Made by a program: the position numbers and the translations under genes
In this document: positions 43,041 through 53,915 of the stretch, piece after piece
Position numbering within the stretch: the first letter of the stretch is position 1
Layout of the letters: the number at the start of each line of letters is the position of its first letter
DNA from: an uncultured Gemmatimonadales bacterium
GTDB lineage: Bacteria; Gemmatimonadota; Gemmatimonadetes; Gemmatimonadales; Gemmatimonadaceae
NCBI GenBank assembly: GCA_963793305.1
Contig: CAWBZV010000005.1
Location: forward strand, 1,440,001-1,504,000
Length of the DNA: 64,000 nt
Direction: 5' to 3'
The notes under the pieces: generated by a model
The model's input: only the letters and a program-made list of their open reading frames with translations
What the model was told of the DNA's origin: nothing
Database searches by the model: none

Positions 43041-43701
43041 TCACGATCTCGCACCGCTGAGACCGATTCGCTCGATGTCCTGGAGGTCTTTGGCGCGCAC
43101 CCGGAGCTCGGGAACGTGGCGCGACAGGCACGCCGCGGGCCGGATCGCAGTGAGCTTCACGGACTCTTCGTCGTGCCAGAGGCCCCATCGGCGATACAAG
43201 GCCGTTGCGCCGGCGCGCAGATCGGATCGTAAGACGGGAAATCGCTCAATGACGGCGAACAGCGGCCGTGGCCGTGCGAGCGGTCGGCATGCCTCGATCG
43301 CACCGTCGAGCTCTGAGGCGCGGCCGGTCTCCGAGCCGCCGGCTCCCCGGCTGGCGAGCGTGAGCAGTGCGCCAGCGACGGCGGATCCGACGCGGGTCGA
43401 CGCGAGCCAGGTCAGTCGCCAGCGCGATGAGCCGCCGGCCATTCACCCAGCCGTGATGCACGGCGAGCCAGGAGGCGGCGCCGACGAATAGCCGCTCATC
43501 CTCGCGCGCTACGCGCGCCGTGCGCACGATCAACGCCTCGACGTCCACAGGCTCGTTGGCTGCTTCGACGCTCAACCAAAGGCCGATCCTCGCCCACTCC
43601 GCCGCAATCGTGGTCAGTGTGTCGGTGACTCTGGTGTCGGGCGAGCGCTTGGCAGGTGGCGCCGTCGTTATCTCACTTTGCCTGCGCGCCAGGCCATGCA
43701 T
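43041..43701 (-). pseudogene. N-terminal part of hypothetical gene X, C-truncated at 43092, frameshift ~43390
   Basis: WARIG...EALIVRTAR...AASWL then the segment shared with 29515-29800; lacks the HTH tail. Confidence 0.65.
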
Positions 43702-43928
43702 TGAGTACCATCACCGCGGGCGCGATCGAGCGTCGACACTTCGAGCCGACGCGTTCTAGAGGCGAGCGTGTGGCCGATAGCGACCAAATCGAGCGCCTGC
43801 TCGATCGCTTCGGTTTCGGTCGCGACACCCAAGATCCGTTTCGCGCGGTCGATCTTCCGCTGCTCGAGCCGATAGGACTTGGTGCGTTTGTGAGCGCGCC
43901 TCGCGTCGCCGCTCGTCGACTTTGCCAT
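43668..43928 (-). CDS. VapB/RHH-like antitoxin, orphan
   Basis: KSYRLEQRKIDRAKRILGVATETEAIEQALDLV; GAGG SD. Confidence 0.6.
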   Translation of the reverse strand: MAKSTSGDARRAHKRTKSYRLEQRKIDRAKRILGVATETEAIEQALDLVAIGHTLASRTRRLEVSTLDRARGDGTQCMAWRAGKVR

Positions 43929-44140
43929 GCGCCTGCCTCAATGTGTCCTTACGTACAACAGTGATAACGTGTGCGTCGCTCAACGGCGGCCCATTATACT
44001 GCCCAACTAGCCGAAATGGCCGGTTCGGCAGTATAGCCGATCGTAGCCTCCTCTCTGGCTTTATGGAGTGGTGCCAAGGTCCTCGGCAACGCAGACTCGT
44101 ATATTGGACGGGTGAAAGACGAGTGGCGACGCACCTCACC

Positions 44141-44198
44141 GAAGGAACCGGCTTCGCGTGAGCGATGAGGAGCGCGATGCCGCGATGCTATGTCCTCG
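44141..44198 (+). repeat. Right boundary direct repeat
   Basis: GAAGGAACCGGCTTCGCGTGAGCGATGAGGAGCGCGATGCCGCGATGCTATGTCCTCG. Confidence 0.9.
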
Positions 44199-44222
44199 GG
44201 CGAGAGGATGTAGCGTCGGGGC

Positions 44223-46174
44223 ATGGCTACGTTGATGGACGCGCTCCAGATCCTGCGCGACACGTTCGGCTACGAGACATTCCGCCCCGGTCAGGAACGC
44301 GCGGTGTGCGCCGTGATCGCCGGGCGCGACGCGCTCGTGGTCCTGCCGACCGGGGGCGGGAAGTCTCTGTGCTTCCAGATTCCCGCGTTGATCTTCCCGG
44401 GGCTCACAGTCGTCGTCTCGCCGCTGATCTCCCTCATGAAAGATCAGGTCGACGCGTTGGTCTCTCGGCAGCTTCCGGCGACGTTTATCAATAGCACACT
44501 CACGCGCCGGGAAATCGCCAATCGCATCGCCCGCGCGCAAAGCGGCGAGCTCAAGTTGCTATACGTCGCGCCCGAGCGGTTCGATTTTGGCAATGCCGCT
44601 GAACGGCTTTGCTCGGCTGGCGTGTCGTTGCTGGCCGTCGACGAAGCGCACTGTATCAGTGAATGGGGGCACGACTTTCGGCCGAGTTACCAACGCTTAG
44701 GCGCCCTTCGCGGCGCCCTCGGCGATCCCCCCGTCATCGCCCTCACTGCGACCGCAACACCTGCAGTGCGCAAGGACATCGCGGCCCAGCTCGGCCTGCG
44801 AAATCCCGAGATCGTGATCACCGGCTTCGACCGTGCGAACTTGAACTATCACGTCGTCACGGCCCGAAGCGACCGCCAGAAAGACAACGTGCTCTCGGAG
44901 CTGCTGAAAACCCACGACACCCCGGCGATCGTCTACGCCTCCACTCGGCGCGCGGTCGAGCGCTTGACGCCGGTTCTAGAAGGCAATGGCATTCCCGCCG
45001 TCGCCTACCATGCAGGGCTCGATGACGCGAGGCGACATCAAGTGCAAGACGCGTTCATGTCGGAACGCGCCAAGGCTGTCGTCGCGACGAACGCATTCGG
45101 CATGGGCATTGACAAGCGCAACGTGCGCCTGGTCGTGCACTACACGATGCCGGGGTCGCTCGAGGCGTACTATCAAGAAGCCGGGCGCGCGGGCCGGGAT
45201 GGTCAGCCGGCCGATTGTTATCTCTTGCACGCGTTCCAGGATCGCTTCACGCACGAATTTTTCATAAAGTGCGCGTATCCCGATCAGCCCCTCGTCGCGC
45301 GCGTGTATGATCTGTTGAGAGCAACCCCAGGATCAGACGCCGAGACGCTCGCCGACCGCGCCGACTGCAAGCCGCAGGAGGTCGACTCTGTTTTGCGGCT
45401 CCTGATCGCGCATCGGGGCGTTCGCCGAAGGCGACGCGCACATGGTTGTACGCCTTGTGGCATCGCCTGAGCAGATCAAGACGGAGGTTGCCGAGACGCC
45501 ACGTGAGGTGCTGCGGGCGATCTGGCGCGTGGCCGGTCAGGCCCTGAAGACAGGCGTGTCCATCGACCTGATGGCGCTCCCGCCTGGCCTCGGCGGGGTG
45601 GAAAAAGTCAGAGGTGTCCTCAGGGAACTGGAGACCGCGGGGTTTGTGGCGACGTTCTGACGCGACAGGTTTGACCAATCGGGATGCGCCGCTAGACGGA
45701 TTCGCCATCGACTGGGACGGCCTGAACCGGCGGCGCCGGGCCGATTTGTCAAAACTGGAAGCGGTACAGCAGTATGCCTACGCCACGACGTGCCGCCGAG
45801 CGTTCGTGCTGCGATATTTCGGTGATCCGGCGTTCAAGGACGCCGGGCGCTGTGCGGGTTGCGACAACTGTCGAGGCACGACGCGCGTACTGGACAAAGA
45901 AGCGCCGCGCCGAAAGGCGAAGCCACGCGCCGACGTTCAGGTGGTCGCGGCAGGCGATACGAAGTTGTACGAGGACATGTGCGCGCTGCGCCGCGAGATC
46001 GCGCGGCGGGAGCACCTGCCCGCGTATTGTGTGTTCGCGGACAAGACGCTGCAGGAGATGGCTGTGCGTCGCCCGCGCTCACGGGACGATCTGCTCGAAG
46101 TCCGCGGAGTCGGCCCGGCGAAAGTAGAAAAATATGGCGAGCAATTCCTGACTCTTATCAGTGGTGCACGATAA
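44223..46174 (+). CDS. recQ: RecQ family DNA helicase with HRDC; two apparent frameshifts (~45420, ~45655)
   Basis: [51 protein letters not shown]...[18 protein letters not shown]. Confidence 0.9.
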
Positions 46175-47391
46175 TGGACGACACCCTCTACTTCACCGAC
46201 CAGCATCTGCAGGTGCGCGAGATGGTCCGCGCGTTCGCCCAGCAGGACATTGCCCCGGTCGCGGCCAAGTTCGACGCCAACTGCGAGTTTCCGTGGGACA
46301 ACGTGAAGAAGATGGCCGAGCTGGGCCTCATGGGCATTCCATGGCCCGAGGAGCTCGGCGGCGCAGGGCTCGATGTGCTGAGCTACATCATCGTGCTCCA
46401 CGAGCTTTCGAAAGTCGACTGCTCGCACGCCATCACGGTCGGCGCCCACACGACGCTCGGAACCTCGCCGATCGTGAACTTCGGGACCGAGGCGCAGAAG
46501 AAGCGCTACGTCCCGCTGCTGGCCAGCGGCAAAGTGTTCGGCTGCTTCGGCCTGACGGAGCCCGGGGCAGGGAGCGATGCCGCGGGTACGCGCACAACCG
46601 CGGTACGGAAGGGGAGCCACTATCTCCTCAACGGCTCCAAGATTTTCATTACGCATGGCGGCGTCGCCGAGGTGGCCGTCGTCACCGCGGTGACCCAGCC
46701 GGGCCTCGGATCAAAGGGGATCAGCTCCTTCATTCTCACGAAGGAGACCTGCGATCTGGATCGGACCAAAGCCCTCGGCGTCGGCCACGACGACTCGCTC
46801 CGACCCATGCCTGGCTTCCGCTCCGGCAAGAAGGAGGACAAACTCGGTTGGCGCGCCTCGGACACCCGTGAGCTGATACTGGAAGACGTTGAGGTACCCG
46901 TCGAGAACCTCCTCGGGAACGAAGGCGAGGGGTTCACGAACTTCATGATCACGCTCGACTCGGGGCGGATCGGGATGGCGGTCCAAGCCCTCGGCCTCGC
47001 CGAAGCGGCCGCCGAGCAGGCGCTCCGCTACGCCACGATCCGGCGCCAATTTGGGCAGCCGATCGCCGAGTTCCAGGGAGTTCAGTTCCAGCTCTCCGAC
47101 ATGGCGACGGAGATCGAGGCCGGCAAGCACCTCGTCTACCACGCCGCGTGGCTCGCCCAGCACGGGCGGCCGTACAGTAAGGCCGCCGCCATCGCCAAGC
47201 TCTTCTGCAGCGAAATGGCGATGCGGACAACCATCAAGGCAGTCCAGATCCACGGCGGCTACGGCTATACCAAGGACTACCCGGTCGAGCGGTTCATGCG
47301 GGACGCCAAGATCTACGAGATCGGCGAGGGGACCTCGGAGATCCAGCGCCTCGTGATCGCTCGCCACCTCCTCCGGGAGTTGGCCGACTAG
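46174..47391 (+). CDS. Acyl-CoA dehydrogenase
   Basis: [45 protein letters not shown]. Confidence 0.94.
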   Translation: MDDTLYFTDQHLQVREMVRAFAQQDIAPVAAKFDANCEFPWDNVKKMAELGLMGIPWPEELGGAGLDVLSYIIVLHELSKVDCSHAITVGAHTTLGTSPIVNFGTEAQKKRYVPLLASGKVFGCFGLTEPGAGSDAAGTRTTAVRKGSHYLLNGSKIFITHGGVAEVAVVTAVTQPGLGSKGISSFILTKETCDLDRTKALGVGHDDSLRPMPGFRSGKKEDKLGWRASDTRELILEDVEVPVENLLGNEGEGFTNFMITLDSGRIGMAVQALGLAEAAAEQALRYATIRRQFGQPIAEFQGVQFQLSDMATEIEAGKHLVYHAAWLAQHGRPYSKAAAIAKLFCSEMAMRTTIKAVQIHGGYGYTKDYPVERFMRDAKIYEIGEGTSEIQRLVIARHLLRELAD

Positions 47392-47636
47392 GTGCCCCCA
47401 AAGTCGCGCCTAGCGTCAGTTATTTGCTGTTTACGCCAGTCGTCGTTATTAGTACGACAGTTTCTTGAAGTCAGCACTTCATTCGCGCGTTCGCCGCGTG
47501 TGTTTACATTGCATGGAGCCGATGGATCGGTCGGATAACCCCGTGTTGCACCGGGCCGCAAAATGTTGCGCCGCTTCGGGCGGGGTCGCCGTAACCGACT
47601 ACCCTCAGGCGGCGAGCCGCTCCGCCCGTTACCCAG

Positions 47637-49187
47637 ATGAAAAGAGAGATTTTGATCAACGCGACCTCGCGCGAAACGCGGGTCGCTATTTTGGAGGACG
47701 ACCAGCTCGTTGAGCTCCTGGTTGATAGGCCCGACGCCCGCCGTATGGTCGGCGACATATACCTAGGAAAGGTCGAAGCCGTGCTGCCCGGCATTCAGGC
47801 AGCGTTTGTCGATATCGGCACTGAAAAAAGCGCCTTTCTCCACGCCTCCGACCTCGTGTACGACGAGGACGCGGCGGAGGCCGAGGACGCCCAGGAAAAC
47901 GGCGCCGACGACGAGAACGAGGACGAGAGCAAGCGCGCCAAGGCCCCGCCGATCCAGGACGCCGTCAAGCGCGGCCAGCAGATCATCGTCCAGATCTCGA
48001 AGGAGCCGATCTCGACAAAGGGTCCGCGCGTCACCGCGCAGATCTCGCTTGCCGGCCGGTTCCTGGTCTACATGCCGGACGCCACCCGCGTCGGCATCAG
48101 TCGCAAGATCGGCGAGCGGGCCGAGCGGCACCGGCTGCGCGACATGGTGCACGCGGCGTTGCCCGAGAACTCGGGCGGCGTGATCGTCCGGACGGTCGGC
48201 GAGGACGCGACGGAAGAGACCTTCAAACGGGAGCTCACGACGTTGATGAGCTCCTGGAAGAAGATCAACCGAAAAACCCACTTCCTGCGTGCGCCGGCCC
48301 TGGTGCACCGCGAGACCAGCCTCACGCGCGGCATCATCCGCGATCTCTTCAGTACCAAGATCGACAGCTTGACCGTCGACAGTAAGCAGATCTTCAACGA
48401 GATCGTCGAGTACTTGAAGGGTATCGCACCAGACCTGATCGAGCGCGTCAAGTTCTACGAGGAGCCCGTTCCGCTCTTCGACAAGGCGAATATCGAGACC
48501 GAAATCCGCGATCTCTTCAAGCGCCGCTGCGACCTGCCTTCCGGCGGCTACCTGATCATCGAGCCCACGGAAGCGCTCGTCTCGATCGACGTGAACTCGG
48601 GACGCTACACGGGCAAGAAGGATCCCGAGAAGACGATCCTCAAGACGAACCTGGAAGCCGCTCGCGAGGTCGCCCGGCAAATTCGTCTTCGCGACGTCGG
48701 CGGCATTATCGTCTGCGACTTCATCGACATGGAAGCCAAGCAGAACCGCGAGCGTGTGCTCCAAGAGCTGCGCACGAACCTGGGCCGCGACCGTGCGCGG
48801 ACCAAAGCATTCGCCGTCAGCGATCTCGGCCTGATCGAGATGACGCGCCAGCGCGTGCGCCAGAGCCACTTGCAGAGCATGACCGAGCCGTGTCCGACAT
48901 GCCACGGCACCGGTCGCGTCTTCACGCCGGAAGCCATCATCCGCCGCGTCGAGCGCTCCGTGCGCCGCATTATCGTCGAGGGCAAGCGTGACAACTTGGT
49001 CGTCCGCCTGCATCCGGACGTCGCGATGTACGTGCGCGAGCAGGAGCAGGATCTCCTGCGTAAGCTCGAGAAGGGAGCCGGGTTCTCGCTGGAATTCCGC
49101 GACGACCCGTTGCTACGGCCGGACGAATTCAAGATCGTCGTCAAGTCGGCTGGGCGAGATGTCACGCAGCAGTACGCCGTTGCATGA
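47637..49187 (+). CDS. rng: Ribonuclease E/G family
   Basis: GIQAAFVDIG, KEPISTKGPR, SIDVNSG, RLRDVGGIIVCDFIDM, CPTCHGTG. Confidence 0.94.
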   Translation: MKREILINATSRETRVAILEDDQLVELLVDRPDARRMVGDIYLGKVEAVLPGIQAAFVDIGTEKSAFLHASDLVYDEDAAEAEDAQENGADDENEDESKRAKAPPIQDAVKRGQQIIVQISKEPISTKGPRVTAQISLAGRFLVYMPDATRVGISRKIGERAERHRLRDMVHAALPENSGGVIVRTVGEDATEETFKRELTTLMSSWKKINRKTHFLRAPALVHRETSLTRGIIRDLFSTKIDSLTVDSKQIFNEIVEYLKGIAPDLIERVKFYEEPVPLFDKANIETEIRDLFKRRCDLPSGGYLIIEPTEALVSIDVNSGRYTGKKDPEKTILKTNLEAAREVARQIRLRDVGGIIVCDFIDMEAKQNRERVLQELRTNLGRDRARTKAFAVSDLGLIEMTRQRVRQSHLQSMTEPCPTCHGTGRVFTPEAIIRRVERSVRRIIVEGKRDNLVVRLHPDVAMYVREQEQDLLRKLEKGAGFSLEFRDDPLLRPDEFKIVVKSAGRDVTQQYAVA

Positions 49188-49918
49188 TGTTGCTGCGGGT
49201 GGCCGAGGTCGAGAGAGCTGAGCTCTCTCCCTGGGCCGCCGCGGCGTACGCGGAAATCCGGGACAAGGTGCTGGACGAGGCGTTCCCGTGCACGTTCGGC
49301 ACAGTGGCTCAGCGTCGCGGCGAAATTTTGTATGCGTTTATCGACCCTGCCGACCTGCGCGCAATACTGATCGCGTACGCTGATTTTCTCCGACCGTTGG
49401 AGCCGGTCGTTGCGTCGCTCACGCCGTTGGCCGTCGTGATGCCGCCGCTCGCGGGCTTCTCCGAGCGCGAGTATTTCGAGTATGGGTGGAGCCTGCTCCA
49501 ACGGTTGCACGACGAGGACCCGCACCCATGGCCGGAACGAATTCCGAAAGACCCGGATGACCCCACGTGGTCCTATTGCTTCGGCGGTCTCCCCTTATTC
49601 GTGAACTTCAAAACGCCGACCCACACGAAGCGTAAGAGTCGCCGAACCGAGCACTCGTTCATGCTGCTGTTCCAATCGCGCGACGGCTTCGACGTCGTCG
49701 CGGGCGACTCAGTCCAGGGACGCCGCGCGCGAGACCTGATCCGCCGCAAACTGGCGGCGTACGACGCCGTCCCCGTGTACCCCGAGCTCGCCCACTACGC
49801 GACGGCCGCCAACCGCGAATGGCGTCAGTACTTCGTGCCGGAGGACAACGTCCCGCTCGCGGCCGAGTGTCCGTTCCACGTCAGCGCCCCGCGAGCTGCG
49901 CCTTCGTCCACAGAATGA
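49184..49918 (+). CDS. YqcI/YcgG family protein
   Basis: FPCTFG, LHDEDPHPWP..IP.DPDDP.WSYCFGG, REWRQY. Confidence 0.85.
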   Translation: MMLLRVAEVERAELSPWAAAAYAEIRDKVLDEAFPCTFGTVAQRRGEILYAFIDPADLRAILIAYADFLRPLEPVVASLTPLAVVMPPLAGFSEREYFEYGWSLLQRLHDEDPHPWPERIPKDPDDPTWSYCFGGLPLFVNFKTPTHTKRKSRRTEHSFMLLFQSRDGFDVVAGDSVQGRRARDLIRRKLAAYDAVPVYPELAHYATAANREWRQYFVPEDNVPLAAECPFHVSAPRAAPSSTE

Positions 49919-50970
49919 TCTTGAGGCACCGCATCGCCGGCCCCATGTTGACGAACGGCGACGGCTCGTTCGGCTGATACACCTCGGCGGCAATGATCTG
50001 GCCGGGCGGCGGCAGCATCAGCTCATCCGGCCCGCCGAATGGCTCGTTCGTGCCTGCTTGCGGCATATCCGTCGATTTTCCCCAGCCGATCATCGTGCCA
50101 TCCACGACGTAGGCGGTACAGTCGCCATAGCCCAGGATCGTGGTGGGGCCCCGATCGGAATAGACCTTGAGCACGCCGTAGTGGTCGTCGACCACGCGCA
50201 CGCCCGGTATACCTCGAAAGATCTCCGGCGTCTGCATCGCGCCACGGCCCTCGATCTGATCTTGCGTCAAGAATTTCCCGTTGCCGATGCGCTGCCGCTT
50301 CGTAAATCCGATCTCGCGGTAGATGGCCGAGAGCTGCAGTCGATCGGCGACGATGTCGACGACCGCCAACGTCGGCGGGAGCTGCTGCATCGTCACGGCC
50401 ACCGTCGTCGGGTCTGCGTCCCGAAAGTTCGACGGGGACGACCGCGGCGCCGAGGCCGATGCTGCGCGCGATGAGCACCTGGGTGCCGGCTGGCAGATCG
50501 CGCATGCCGTAGGTGCCGTCCGAGCTCGTACGGGTCGTTGACGATGTGCCGAGGAGCGAGATCGTGGCACCCGACACCGGGGCGCCCGTCGCGGAGACGA
50601 CCTTGCCGGTCACGCTCGCGCGGTCGGTCTCGTCGTGCACCGCCACCCTGAGCTCGGGTGAAATCGTACCACTGTCAGTGACGGTGACGGGATAGTACGC
50701 GTTCGACTGACCGTACCGGACTTGCACGAGCACCGACGCGCCGGCGGTCGCACAGATGTGATAGTGCCCGGTCGAGTCGCTCGTCGTATCCCGCGCCACC
50801 CGGATCTCGTCGATCTCGCGCTTCTTCTTATTGACCCGGACCTCGGTCCAGGCAGCCGAGATCGTGGCCTTGGCTACGGGCCGGTCTGCTTCGGCTTCCA
50901 GCACCCGGCCGTCGATGCACGGCTCGGGGGGGAGAGCGAGGGCTATCAAGTTGACAAAGAGTGTTATCAT
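49881..50970 (-). CDS. Secreted protein with carboxypeptidase-regulatory-like repeats and TonB-plug-like C-domain; frameshift ~50422
   Basis: GKVVSATGAPVSGATI, GFTKRQRIGNGKFLT..I, IIAAEVY, C..IILWTK. Confidence 0.75.
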
Positions 50971-50979
50971 ATATAGCCT
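50951..50979 (+). promoter_or_regulatory. Sigma70-type promoter for rplU-rpmA
   Basis: TTGACA (50951)-17 bp-TAGCCT (50974); ATG 8 nt after the -10. Confidence 0.65.
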
Positions 50980-50987
50980 TAGGGGCT

Positions 50988-51308
50988 ATGACATACGCGA
51001 TTATCAGGACGGCTGGCAAGCAATTTCGCGTCGAGCCCGGGAAGAAGGTCAGACTTCCCAGCCTCGAGGGCGAGGCCGGTGCGTCCGTCCGATTCGACGA
51101 GATTCTCGTCGGATCCGATGGCAAGACCGTGCACACGGGAACGCCGCTCGTCAATGGGGCGTCCGTAACCGGCGAGATCGTTCGTCACGGACTCGGCGAT
51201 AAGATCGTCGTGTTCAAGTTCAAGCGGCGGAAGAACTACGCCCGCAAGCAGGGACATCGTCAAGGCTATACCGAAGTTCGCATCACTGACATCGCGCTCG
51301 GAAGCTGA
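50988..51308 (+). CDS. rplU: 50S ribosomal protein L21
   Basis: [31 protein letters not shown]. Confidence 0.97.
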   Translation: MTYAIIRTAGKQFRVEPGKKVRLPSLEGEAGASVRFDEILVGSDGKTVHTGTPLVNGASVTGEIVRHGLGDKIVVFKFKRRKNYARKQGHRQGYTEVRITDIALGS

Positions 51309-51309
51309 T

Positions 51310-51579
51310 ATGGCACATAAAAAGGGTGTAGGCTCTTCGCGCAACGGGCGGGACTCGAATGCGCAATATCGCGGCGTCAAGAAGTACGGTGGCGAGCACG
51401 TCCGCGCCGGGAATATCATCGTGCGGCAGTGCGGCACGAAGGTCCATCCGGGCCGCAACGTCGGCCTCGGCTCCGACTTCACGATCTACGCGCTGATCGA
51501 CGGCGTCGTGAAGTTCGAGCACAAGAACAAGCTCCGCTTCAAGGTGAGCGTGTACCCGTTCGAGCCCACCCCGGCCTAA
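51310..51579 (+). CDS. rpmA: 50S ribosomal protein L27
   Basis: [23 protein letters not shown]. Confidence 0.97.
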   Translation: MAHKKGVGSSRNGRDSNAQYRGVKKYGGEHVRAGNIIVRQCGTKVHPGRNVGLGSDFTIYALIDGVVKFEHKNKLRFKVSVYPFEPTPA

Positions 51580-51603
51580 CGCGTCAAGGTCGTTGTCGCA
51601 TTG

Positions 51604-51633
51604 AGGCGCTCTCTCTACGAGGGCGCCTTTTTT
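51604..51633 (+). terminator. Intrinsic terminator after rpmA
   Basis: AGGCGCTCTC-loop-GAGGGCGCCT followed by a T run. Confidence 0.85.
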
Positions 51634-51723
51634 GTTGACTCGTTGGTGATTGGGGTGTGAGGAGCGCCGGTAAACGTGTCCCTCGCAATGAGACACGGAC
51701 CCGCCACCCTGAGGACCACTTCC

Positions 51724-53915
51724 ATGTTCGAAATGCCACGCAGGCTTCGGTGCGTCGCGCTTGTGCTCCTCGCGGCGTGCGGAGGCAACACACACACACC
51801 TACGGCGACAGCACCGGTCGCCCCTGGGACGATCGTCGGTGCCATTACCAGCACACAAGGCGGCGCGCTCTCCGGCGTACGCGTCGTCGTCACGCCGGGC
51901 GGCGGGACACCGCTCGGCGCCGTCACGACGTCCAGTAACGGCAACTTCGCCGCCACCGGCGTCCCGGTCGCAACGGACGACGGCACCGTCACGCTCTCGT
52001 CGCTTCCCGCGAACTGCGCGACGCCGCCTTCCATTGCGTACGCTGGATTGACCGGCGGTGACACCGTCATCGTCAACGTCACCGTCACCTGCACGACGCC
52101 GGCCGGACCTCCCGGCTCGGTCACCGGCACGGTCACGAGCAACAGCGGCGCCGGACTGGCGGGCGTGATGGTTATCGTCACGCCGAACGGCGGCGCGGCG
52201 ATGAGCCCAGTATCCACGAATTCCACCGGCGTCTACACGGTCACCAATGTTCCCGCGGGCAGTGGCACCGTCGGCGTCAGCGGTCTGCCGGGTTTCTGCG
52301 CGACACCGACGAGCGTCCCCTATACCGGTCTGACGAACACCATGTCCGTCACCACCGACATCGTCGTGCAATGCGTCGTTCCCACCGGCACCGTTACCGG
52401 GACAGTCACGAGCAGTTTGGGTGGCGGTCTCGCTGGCGTCGGAGTCATCGTCACGCCAACCGGCGGCACGCCATTGCCCGCCGTGATGACGACTACGTCA
52501 GGTGCCTACACGATGCACGGCGTCCCGATTGGCGCGGGCACTGTCAGCCTGATCGGCGTACCCGCCACGTGCGCCACGCCGATGCCGATGCCGTACACGG
52601 GTCTCGTGTTCAATGGGACGGTGACGGTCAACGCGCCGGTCGCGTGCACACCACCCGCGTCGCTCACGGTCACCGTCACCACGGTCGTAGGCACGGCCTC
52701 CATTACGGTGACGGGTCCAGGCGGATACCTACACTCGGTCACGTCCACGACGACGCTGACCGGACTCGCCGCGGGGACCTATACCGTATCGGCCCCGACC
52801 TCCGAGCAGCCCGACCCGATCGTGCCGACGATCTATACCGCAACGGTGACGGGGAGTCCCGCGACCGTTTCGGCGGGCGGATCAGCGAACGTCACCGTCG
52901 CCTACGCGCAGGTCGGCGGCACCGGTGGACTGTGGGTTGGCACGACGGGCCCGTCGGTCGTCGGCGAGCTCACGCCGAACCAGCTACGGGCCGGCGGTTT
53001 CCAGAGCTTGTCGCCAGCCGGTGGCTCGAACGCGGCGCTCCGGTTTGTGGCGGCGGCATTCGATGCGCAGGGGACACTCTGGCTGACCGAGCAGGAGAGC
53101 AGCGAGATCTTCGGCTATACGGCCGCACAGCTGGCGAGCGGCAGCGGCAGCTTGTCCCTGCCGGCGTTCACGATCTCGGTCCCTGGCATGACCGGTCTCG
53201 AAGGGCTGGCGTTCGATCCGACCGGCAACCTGTGGATCGCCGCGAGCAATGAGCTCGTGGCCCTCACGCCGACGCAGCTCAGCGCGAGCGGTTCCGTCGC
53301 CACACCGAAGACGATCTCGACGTCCGTGCTTCCGACGTTCAGGCGCGATCGCTTTCGATGCGGGCGGCACCCTGTGGGTGGGTTGCATACCGGCGCCGAA
53401 CTTCTTGTTTGGCCTCTGCGGCTTCACGTCCGCGCAGCTGGCCACGGGCGGGTCGATCGCGCCTCGCGACACCGTTTTGTTCAGCAGCGTCATGCCGGGG
53501 CGGGTGCCGACGGGGTTGGCATTCGATGCGGCGGGCGTGCTCTGGGTGGCGCAGCCCGTGGAGTCCGTGGCGTCCATTCTCGGACAGCGGCCGAATCATC
53601 GGATTTACGGCAAATCAGTTGGTCGCCGGCGGCACGGTGACGCCCGCGTATTCCGTGGGGCTGACCGACGGGCCCCAGACCATCGCGTTCGACGCGAGTG
53701 GGAACCTCTGGATGGCTCTCGAGCAGGGCGTCGTGGAATTCACGGGCGCACAGTTGATCGCGGGCGGGCCACAAGCCCCGGTCAGCAGTGTGTCGGTCGG
53801 GGCGACAACCCCGTTGGCGCTCGCGTTCGACCCACGCCCGGGCAACGTTCCGATCGCCGCCGCCCGGGTACGCAGTGTCACTCCCTTACGGTCCGCGGTA
53901 CGCCGGACGCGGTAG
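51724..53915 (+). CDS. Lipoprotein with three carboxypeptidase-regulatory-like repeats and an NHL/Vgb-like beta-propeller; frameshifts ~53342, ~53585
   Basis: Lipobox LAAC; repeats GTVTS..G..LAGV.V.VTP.GG; repeats AFD..GNLW. Confidence 0.8.

Larger units (their letters stand above)
27991..44198. mobile_element. Genomic island at the 3' end of the yciI-family gene, no integrase visible
   Basis: Imperfect 58-bp direct repeats 27991-28048 and 44141-44198; accessory cargo (Rhs, TA remnants, AraC). Confidence 0.75.

Noticed and set aside
46735..46810. Extra loop in the acyl-CoA dehydrogenase ([18 protein letters not shown]) as another element copy
   Set aside because: No GAGCTC hairpin or TCCAACCGAC core, and codon usage is ordinary.
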